DNA of 64,000 nucleotides from a virus (Duplodnaviria; Caudoviricetes): IMG/VR virus record IMGVR_UViG_3300014208_000027, positions 64,001 to 128,000 of that record; one strand, 5' to 3'. Shown piece by piece: positions 57,776 to 64,000 of this stretch (position 1 is its first letter; each line of letters starts with the position of its first letter). The notes under the pieces were generated by a model. It saw only the letters and a program-made list of their open reading frames with translations, ran no database searches and was not told where the DNA came from. The position numbers and the translations under genes were made by a program.

Positions 57776-58687
57776 ATGGCATTTTTAGATAACTCAGGTG
57801 ACGTGATTTTGGATACAGTTATAACCGACCTTGGAAGAATGAGACTTGCTCAAGGTAATTTCAAAATTACTAAGTTTAGCCTGGGGGATGAAGAAATAAA
57901 TTATGCGCTATACAATAGTTCCCATAGTTCAGGAAGCGCGTACTACGATCTGCAAATAATGCAAACACCTATACTTGAGGCGTTTACAAATAATGCCTCC
58001 ACTATGAATTCTCATTTAATCACAATACCTAGAAACAATTTACTACACTTGCCTGTGATGAAGATTAATACTATAGTAGCTCCTTTAAACACAAATGGGG
58101 CTTATTATCTTGCTGTAGATAGTGCGACACAAGCAGCTTTTGCAGCAAGTAATGTCACACAAGGTATAATCAATGGTGAAACTCTAGGCGGCGGAAATAA
58201 ATTTATTAGAGTTGATCAAGGAATTGACTCATCTGAAGTAAGTTTTGCAATACCACTAGAGAATGACCTTGTGGAAGTAAGTTATGTTGTGGAAATCGAC
58301 AATAGGATGGGAAAATTAGTTTCGGTTGAGGGTGCTCCAGCAAAAGTTAGTTATATCGATGATGATCAGATTGCTTCATATTATTTTTCCAGTGGCACTG
58401 ACGCTAACTATGTTAAAGATGTTGGTAATCAAACTAACAATACAAATCAAGTAATAGCTGGACCAAGAGGAACATATTTACAATTTAGTATTCAATCAAG
58501 TCTAGATTTGAACACTTCAAATTTTCTATTTCAACAATTGGGAACCACTGGAGTAGCTGGGAATAATGCACAATTTGGCATTGCTGCAACGTATCTAGTT
58601 GATTTTATTGACAGCTATATCAAGATCACCGGAGCTACAACGGGAAATACTTTATTCGTACCTTGGCGTGCAGTTAAGGTGCAATAA
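57776..58687 (+). CDS. Conserved-looking tail/baseplate structural protein
   Basis: MAFLDNSGDVILDTVITDLGRMRLAQGNFKITKFSLGDEEINY, recalled as a jumbo-phage structural family. SD AGGAG, CTAATTA at 57730. Confidence 0.6.
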   Translation: MAFLDNSGDVILDTVITDLGRMRLAQGNFKITKFSLGDEEINYALYNSSHSSGSAYYDLQIMQTPILEAFTNNASTMNSHLITIPRNNLLHLPVMKINTIVAPLNTNGAYYLAVDSATQAAFAASNVTQGIINGETLGGGNKFIRVDQGIDSSEVSFAIPLENDLVEVSYVVEIDNRMGKLVSVEGAPAKVSYIDDDQIASYYFSSGTDANYVKDVGNQTNNTNQVIAGPRGTYLQFSIQSSLDLNTSNFLFQQLGTTGVAGNNAQFGIAATYLVDFIDSYIKITGATTGNTLFVPWRAVKVQ

Positions 58688-59805
58688 TGAATGAATTAAA
58701 TACATCTGGTATTTATAAAATTGTGAATAGGGTGAATGGAAAAATATATGTTGGGAGTGCTGTATGTATTAAAAAGAGATGGAGGCAGCATAAAACATTG
58801 CTTAAACAAGGAATCCATCATAATTTATTTTTACAACGCTCTTGGAATAGAGATAAGGAGGAATCTTTTGTATTTTCTGTTTTAGAGAAAACGAAAAGAG
58901 AATTTCTTCTGGAAAGAGAACAATATTGGATGGATGCTTTCCAAAGTTATAACCAAGTTTTTGGTTATAATATAGCCAAAGTAGCTGGAAGTAGTTTGGG
59001 TATTAAAAGAAGTGAGGATTACAAAAAAAGATCCTCTGCTGCGAGAAGTGGTGAATTAAGTGCGATGAGTAAGATGACATGGGACAGTGTTTTTGAAATA
59101 AGAAAGCTTTATAAAGATGGATTAAACTTATCAGAAATAGGTAGAATGTTCAATGTTACATCTGGCTGTATTAGACCAATTATAAAAAACAAATCTTGGA
59201 AAGATGAAAATTATACTTATATCAAAATAGAGCCAAAACATAAAAAGACAAATAGCAAATTCCTAATTGATGATGTTAAAAAGATGAGAAGTGAATATGA
59301 AAGTGGAGAAAAATCTCTTTTAGAACTTTCAGAAATATACAATACTAATTTTACAACAATACATTCAATAGTTTCTTATAGAAATTGGAATTTTGAAGGA
59401 AAAGAGATATATAAGAAGCCAAGAAACAAAAAAAAATATCGTAAAGGCGCTGATAATACGTCTTCATTTTTGACCGAACAACAAGTTTGTGAGATGAGAA
59501 AAAAGTATGAAAACGAAGATGTAACAATAGTAGAAATAGCCAAACAATATGAGATAAATCCAAGTACCGCTCAGGGGATTTTGTCATATAAGACATGGAA
59601 TGCTGAGGGAAAAAACCGTTTTTATAAACCTCGGCAAAAAAGTTGTGATTCTCCTTCTGCAAAGTTGATTAAAGAACAGATAAAAGAGATAAAAAACTTT
59701 CTATGTACGAGAGAAAAGAGTAGAAAAGAAATTTCGGAAATATACAATATTGATTTATCAACAATTTCAAGAATAGCAACTAATAAAATACATAAGGATA
59801 TATAA
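58687..59805 (+). CDS. GIY-YIG homing endonuclease with repeated HTH DNA-binding modules
   Basis: SGIYKIVNRVNGKIYVGSA..I..RW..H..L...H.N..LQ..W, LL.REQYW, GYN. Four V..IR..Y HTH repeats. Confidence 0.92.
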   Translation: MNELNTSGIYKIVNRVNGKIYVGSAVCIKKRWRQHKTLLKQGIHHNLFLQRSWNRDKEESFVFSVLEKTKREFLLEREQYWMDAFQSYNQVFGYNIAKVAGSSLGIKRSEDYKKRSSAARSGELSAMSKMTWDSVFEIRKLYKDGLNLSEIGRMFNVTSGCIRPIIKNKSWKDENYTYIKIEPKHKKTNSKFLIDDVKKMRSEYESGEKSLLELSEIYNTNFTTIHSIVSYRNWNFEGKEIYKKPRNKKKYRKGADNTSSFLTEQQVCEMRKKYENEDVTIVEIAKQYEINPSTAQGILSYKTWNAEGKNRFYKPRQKSCDSPSAKLIKEQIKEIKNFLCTREKSRKEISEIYNIDLSTISRIATNKIHKDI

Positions 59806-59808
59806 ATC

Positions 59809-60885
59809 ATGGCATCCGTGTTTAAATCTTTTTTAAGTTCAGACTTGGTCACATCAAAAACAATTTTAAGTGAGCAAATTCCAATCAGCGGCAGTTTATG
59901 TAGCGCATCTTACGGAACTTACCCTAATGAAACGAATGTCAAAAACTATACGCACTCTTTCTTTCAGAAAATTTTTGACTATCCTTATTTGTCATCATCC
60001 GCCAATTCATTATTTGACATTTCTGTAGGATATTCAAATACTTCTGCTCTTTCTAACTCTTCAAATGTTCAAAATGACAAAAAAATTGCTTTATATTCTC
60101 AAATGGCTCAACAGTTATATGGTTTTGACCAAAATGGAAATGTGAATTTATTTGATCAAGATGGAAATATAATTTTAAATGGTACTAAAATCCAAGAATG
60201 TTACTTCATCAATTTTGCAAGACTTTTAACCAAGGATGAAATTAAAAAAGGTTCCTTTAGTATTGAACTTGGTAATCAAGCTTATGCTACCGCTAATAAT
60301 ACTCGTATTGTGATTTCAGATGCAGGTGCCGAGAATGACTTCAAAGTTAATTCACCCGTGGGAGAATATTCTATACTTTCAGCCTCTTCAGGTCAGACAG
60401 CAGGTTCTACTAATGGTTTAGCAGGTTTGTTGTTCTACCAAGCGGGTGTTGCCGTCCTTACAGCTTCTATTTTTGCTTCTCAGCCTACAGGTATGATTGC
60501 TTCCGATGTTGTTATGAGTGCTCCAGATGTTTCAGGAGGCGGCACGGCTATAGCAATGTTGACAGGTTCTTCAATTACGGGAAGCGCCGATGCTTTACGT
60601 CACCGCATTTATAACATTTCTTTTAATAACACTACAGAACTTAATTCTACAATTTATTTTTGTCGTGTAGATCCAGGTGATTTTAATTATTCTTCTAATC
60701 CTTCATATGTATCAGGTTCTAAAATTAGGGTTAAACAGAATTCTACAGATCAGCCCCAAACTTATATTACTACAGTTGGTCTTTATTCTAGTAATAACGA
60801 GTTGTTAGGTGTTGCAAAATTGTCAGAGCCATTAAAAAAAGATCCCTCTACAAGTTTGACACTTCGCGTCAGAACGGATTGGTGA
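59809..60885 (+). CDS. Tail/baseplate structural protein with tail-collar-like C-terminus
   Basis: C-terminal TYITTVGLYSSNNELLGVAKLS.P..K......RV. Confidence 0.65.
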   Translation: MASVFKSFLSSDLVTSKTILSEQIPISGSLCSASYGTYPNETNVKNYTHSFFQKIFDYPYLSSSANSLFDISVGYSNTSALSNSSNVQNDKKIALYSQMAQQLYGFDQNGNVNLFDQDGNIILNGTKIQECYFINFARLLTKDEIKKGSFSIELGNQAYATANNTRIVISDAGAENDFKVNSPVGEYSILSASSGQTAGSTNGLAGLLFYQAGVAVLTASIFASQPTGMIASDVVMSAPDVSGGGTAIAMLTGSSITGSADALRHRIYNISFNNTTELNSTIYFCRVDPGDFNYSSNPSYVSGSKIRVKQNSTDQPQTYITTVGLYSSNNELLGVAKLSEPLKKDPSTSLTLRVRTDW

Positions 60886-60901
60886 TTCTCAACAATTTCA
60901 A

Positions 60902-61297
60902 CTAGTTAGACAGTTTTTCTATTTCTTGCTTATACTTTTCTATTTCCTTTTCCATTTCCTTTATATAATTCTTAGCTCCTTCAATTCCACGATTATCTAA
61001 TCGCAAGAAAATTTCCAAAGTTTCTATACATTTCTTTTTTATCTTCTCTAGATCTTTTTCCAGGTTTTCTTCAGAAAACGAGAATTTTTCTTCAGGTAGC
61101 CAATGTAGGGATCCTATTTTCATATTACTATCATCTTCGCAGTTATATTTTTCTTTCGTTATAACGCATTGCAAATATTTTTTTTCTTTACCTCGTAATG
61201 TTTTTAATTGTTCTTGTACTATCTCAACTTCCCAAGTGCTAAAATTAGTATTAAGAATGTTGGTGAGTGTCAAAAATACTTTTTCTTTGTTTTCCAT
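60902..61297 (-). CDS. Hypothetical coiled-coil protein, leaderless
   Basis: ATG 6 nt after the -10 box. Confidence 0.62.
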   Translation of the reverse strand: MENKEKVFLTLTNILNTNFSTWEVEIVQEQLKTLRGKEKKYLQCVITKEKYNCEDDSNMKIGSLHWLPEEKFSFSEENLEKDLEKIKKKCIETLEIFLRLDNRGIEGAKNYIKEMEKEIEKYKQEIEKLSN

Positions 61298-61303
61298 ACT
61301 ATT

Positions 61304-61331
61304 AGTATGACGTAGATTTTCTTTTTGTCAA
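61304..61331 (-). promoter_or_regulatory. sigma70-type promoter
   Basis: TTGACA-N16-CATACT. Confidence 0.65.
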
Positions 61332-61346
61332 TTGGTAATTTTCCTC

Positions 61347-61374
61347 TTTACTTTTCCTATCCTTTTGCTACACT
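61347..61374 (+). promoter_or_regulatory. sigma70-type promoter (divergent partner)
   Basis: TTTACT-N16-TACACT with TGc, ATG 6 nt downstream. Confidence 0.6.
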
Positions 61375-61380
61375 TCTTTT

Positions 61381-61581
61381 ATGATCATCAAGCCCGGTAC
61401 ACTTGTTAAATCGAAGACTGTTTATTATTTTCAGCATTCAAAATATAATAACCTCTACGGTGCAGTTTTTCATGATTATAGTAATCATGAATTAGATTAA
61501 TCTAGTGCTATAAAGGTTTTTTTATTTAGTTTGTTGGAATATCATGCTTTCTATATTCGAGATCTTGAGATTTTTCCTTGA
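61381..61581 (+). pseudogene. SH3/KOW-like microprotein with an in-frame TAA (MIIKPGTLVKSK...*SSAIKVFLF...DLEIFP)
   Basis: Family N-terminus, TAA at 61498-61500, frame continues 26 plausible codons to TGA. Confidence 0.45.
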
Positions 61582-61606
61582 CATTTTCCTATCCCTTTGC
61601 TACAGT
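61578..61606 (+). promoter_or_regulatory. sigma70-type promoter
   Basis: TTGACA-N17-TACAGT with TGc. Spacer very similar to the 61347 and 10540 promoters. Confidence 0.72.
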
Positions 61607-61639
61607 GTTTTATATTGATAGACTTTCAAAGGTTTTATT

Positions 61640-61879
61640 ATGACAGCAGATTTTAAAATTCTTACTCCTACCAAACCTCACCAAAAGTTACGTATCTATG
61701 AGATTGCTTGTTTAATGTCTAAAAGTGGTTTATCGTCGGGTTTCATTGTTCCCGCGGTAGAATTGGCTTGCATCTATGAAGGTGTTTATGACATGATGGA
61801 ACTTTGGGAACGTGAGCCAGATGAGATTGAACGTGATTTACTTGTTATGGACATTCAGTGTCTTCTAAAGGTTAAATAA
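61640..61879 (+). CDS. Helical protein resembling the N-terminal domain of an HTH antitoxin-like regulator
   Basis: RIYEIA..M...GL...FI..AVELA..YEG.YD.M.LW.....ERD....DIQ pattern, recognised from memory and unverified. Confidence 0.45.
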   Translation: MTADFKILTPTKPHQKLRIYEIACLMSKSGLSSGFIVPAVELACIYEGVYDMMELWEREPDEIERDLLVMDIQCLLKVK

Positions 61880-62295
61880 TGGATAATAGTGGTTTTAGAA
61901 TCCCAGAATTTGACCCAGGTGAAGATAATATTCTTTCTTCCTATTGTGAAGAACTTAAACTTGTTAAAACTTTGCAAGAACTAAATATTTTTGTCGCCAG
62001 GTGGAAAGAGTTATGGTTTGCTAGATTTGATACTACTTCAAGTTTTGAGACTGCTATGTCCGACTCTGTTTTAGATGGACAATATAGTCAAGAAGTATTA
62101 AATTGTATTGTTAGATCTTTTGATATAACAGATGATGGTTTTGTAAATTCTCCAGGGTTTAATATGGCTATGGCTATTCGTATGCCTTGGGTATTGTCAG
62201 AAGCTATGAGTGTAGCAAAAAAATACATTGTTCCTTTGAATTGTGCTGTTTTTCAACTTCTTCGAGCATATAAAATGGGTGGTAAAAGTGCCTAA
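61879..62295 (+). CDS. Hypothetical protein
   Basis: Translationally coupled ORF. Confidence 0.6.
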   Translation: MDNSGFRIPEFDPGEDNILSSYCEELKLVKTLQELNIFVARWKELWFARFDTTSSFETAMSDSVLDGQYSQEVLNCIVRSFDITDDGFVNSPGFNMAMAIRMPWVLSEAMSVAKKYIVPLNCAVFQLLRAYKMGGKSA

Positions 62296-62608
62296 AAAAG
62301 TATCAAAAAAGATTACTCGCAATATTCTTCTTTCAGGTCATTATATTGTTGTAAATTGTAAGAATAAATCTTTTGAACATTTTACAGGTATACCAGAACT
62401 TAAGAAGTATTTTGAAGATCAATTTGCAGGCAAAAGTAAGTTACCTCAGCAAGAACTTATGGAGGAATTAAAAAATTACATTGTATTCAGAGGCATAATG
62501 TCTCCTATCAAGTTCAAGTATAAGAATCAGGTAGATTTTTTAGTAGGTAAAGAAAATAATAACTTAGAATCGTCAAATTTGAATGATTCTACAAAGCAAG
62601 GAGAATAA
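62288..62608 (+). CDS. Hypothetical protein
   Basis: GTG start overlapping the upstream stop. Confidence 0.6.
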   Translation: MPKKVSKKITRNILLSGHYIVVNCKNKSFEHFTGIPELKKYFEDQFAGKSKLPQQELMEELKNYIVFRGIMSPIKFKYKNQVDFLVGKENNNLESSNLNDSTKQGE

Positions 62609-62610
62609 AA

Positions 62611-62817
62611 ATGTCGATTAGAGATGATAAGTCGTTTAGAAAAGTGGAATCTAATAGTAAGTGCGGAAAAAGTTTATGGGTTAATGATAACGGAAAATAT
62701 GTTGTGACAGAAGATATTAAAGGGTATTCTTATTTAAACGATAAAATAGTTTATGATAGCAAGGAAGACGCAAACAAAGCTCATACCACTTATTATAAAG
62801 TAGAAGTACGTTATTAA
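62611..62817 (+). CDS. Hypothetical protein
   Basis: Strong SD AAGGAG. Confidence 0.65.
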   Translation: MSIRDDKSFRKVESNSKCGKSLWVNDNGKYVVTEDIKGYSYLNDKIVYDSKEDANKAHTTYYKVEVRY

Positions 62818-62949
62818 ATTCTTTGATAGAATACAATGAATAAACTTACAAAGCAAGGAGAGTAAGATGAATGCATTATAAATGTGTAATATCAATGGAG
62901 GTATAAACAGATTGTTAGTTGACTTTTAACAGAGTGAGAACAAAGAAAT

Positions 62950-63567
62950 ATGTATAAGATAGGAGATAAATTATGTATTACAGAACAGTTTGTAGATTTT
63001 AATAAATCAGATTGGGCAAGGGAACTTAGAACATTTCCTTTTTTAACAGTAAGTGATGTTATTAAAGAAGAAGAATTTTCGGCGATATATTTTAAGGAAT
63101 ATAAATTTAATAGCGGTGGAGTTGGTATAAAAGAAGATTTGTCATTCTGGAAGAATCAGACAACAATACCAGTTTTTGAACACTACAAGGAGAGTAAAAT
63201 GAGTTTTGATTCAGTAAAAAAGAAAACAGTTGATTCACTGCAAGAAGGAATGAAAATTGGTGGAAGCAGGAAGGCAGTGGAAACTGTTGTTTCTATTTTG
63301 AAGAGAGCGTGTGGGTCCAATTATCCTTCGCTTCTTACCACCCCTCTTGGAAGTAAGTTGGAGCCTTATGTTGCAAGCGTGGCTATTTTAAGTATTGTCG
63401 CTCTTTTTGAGAATCGATTTCCGACATTGAAAAATCTTGAAACAGTTGCCAATAAGGCATTGACGGGTTTTGCAGCGAATGATTGTGCTGATTTATTAAC
63501 TATGTTAGAGCCATTGGCTGTACAACTTGTTGCTGTTGCTCCAACATTGAAGATTGATGAAGAATAA
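62950..63567 (+). CDS. Hypothetical protein, probable two-gene fusion (internal start at 63199)
   Basis: N-terminus MYKIGDKL (microprotein-like). In-frame AAGGAGAGTAAAATG at 63187-63201. Confidence 0.55.
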   Translation: MYKIGDKLCITEQFVDFNKSDWARELRTFPFLTVSDVIKEEEFSAIYFKEYKFNSGGVGIKEDLSFWKNQTTIPVFEHYKESKMSFDSVKKKTVDSLQEGMKIGGSRKAVETVVSILKRACGSNYPSLLTTPLGSKLEPYVASVAILSIVALFENRFPTLKNLETVANKALTGFAANDCADLLTMLEPLAVQLVAVAPTLKIDEE

Positions 63568-63569
63568 AA

Positions 63570-63875
63570 ATGTCATGTACTGAATATGAACTTGGTAAAA
63601 TGCACCGTCCGAGATCGTGGGATGAATTAACAGAACAGGAACAGAAAGAGGAAAGAGAGTATCGAGAGAAGCATCGTTTAATTGATAAACTGCATGAAAA
63701 ATATAAGTTGATACGTGAAATGTGTAAACACCGTGGAGGGTGTGGTTGGGAATGTCATAGTGAAAAGGAAGAATCAAAATATGTTTGTTATTGTAATATT
63801 ACTGAGATAGAAAAACTTCATAACATTGAAAAACTTCTTAAAGAACAAAATGACCTTTTAAGAAAAAATCGATAA
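63570..63875 (+). CDS. Hypothetical protein with a Cys cluster
   Basis: ORF with C.H.GGC...C...Y.CYC. Confidence 0.6.
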   Translation: MSCTEYELGKMHRPRSWDELTEQEQKEEREYREKHRLIDKLHEKYKLIREMCKHRGGCGWECHSEKEESKYVCYCNITEIEKLHNIEKLLKEQNDLLRKNR

Positions 63876-63891
63876 ACAAAGGAGAATAAAA

Positions 63892-64000
63892 ATGTCTAAG
63901 AAGAAGTGTTGTAATCCTAGTGAAGGTTGTTGTAGCCCGAAGAAAAAAGTTAGTGAAGGTTATACAGTAGTTAGTAGTGATGATTTTGGTAGCGGGTCGG
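63892..64000 (+). CDS. Hypothetical protein, 3'-truncated by the window edge
   Basis: SD AAGGAG + ATG, frame open to the end. Confidence 0.5.
   Translation, partial: MSKKKCCNPSEGCCSPKKKVSEGYTVVSSDDFGSGS

Noticed and set aside
58687-59805. GIY-YIG gene as an intron-encoded ORF splitting one structural gene
   Set aside because: Both flanking ORFs have their own starts and stops, and the gene abuts them with 0-3 nt, leaving no room for intron structure.
62917-62950. TTGACT upstream of 62950 as a promoter
   Set aside because: No acceptable -10 hexamer at 16-18 nt spacing.
72-63777. Numerous short opposite-strand or alternate-frame ORFs in the track (e.g. 72-272, 6947-7174, 13534-13719, 24935-25615, 27842-28546, 46056-46304, 63505-63777)
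   Set aside because: They are shadows of well-supported genes, with no motifs, RBS or promoter.
1-64000. Stop-codon reassignment (TAG/TGA recoding) as seen in some jumbo phages
   Set aside because: Code-11 ORFs are long (up to 3359 aa) and tile the window. TAA, TAG and TGA all end genes cleanly, and no suppressor tRNA was seen.
1-64000. CRISPR or mini-CRISPR array
   Set aside because: No regularly spaced direct repeats were seen in the short intergenic regions. The TnpB has no adjacent array.
1-64000. Giant eukaryotic virus or bacterial chromosome origin
   Set aside because: SD sites, sigma70 promoters, gp25/gp6-like baseplate genes and a gp55-like factor indicate a tailed phage. No NCLDV core or housekeeping genes were seen.

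Overview
The window is a gene-dense, AT-rich (roughly 30% GC by eye) segment of a jumbo myovirus-type bacteriophage genome in the standard genetic code. From left to right it holds: (1) a 5'-truncated nonulosonic-acid/glycan-modification operon (NeuB, NeuA, class III aminotransferase, methyltransferase, VOC protein, two radical SAM enzymes, NadE); (2) a non-autonomous IS607-like TnpB element whose empty site can be reconstructed; (3) a gp55-like phage sigma factor; (4) a long, mostly plus-strand late tail/baseplate module (multi-enzyme hub, spike, gp25- and gp6-like wedge proteins, 1886-aa and 3359-aa virion proteins). The late module is repeatedly interrupted by minus-strand islands with sigma70-type promoters, which carry about 15 related SH3/KOW-like microproteins, a dUTPase, a papain-like lipoprotein and two tRNAs. 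Five free-standing homing-endonuclease-like genes are also present. The strongest unexplained signals are three paralogous ADP-ribosyltransferase-fold proteins with a shared putative head-packaging N-terminus, HTH-less antitoxin-like domains, apparently pervasive leaderless transcription from both early and late promoters, and a tRNA-Ile(UAU) with a rewired T-loop. All family assignments come from motif recognition by eye, not database searches. No capsid, terminase, polymerase or CRISPR array was seen.
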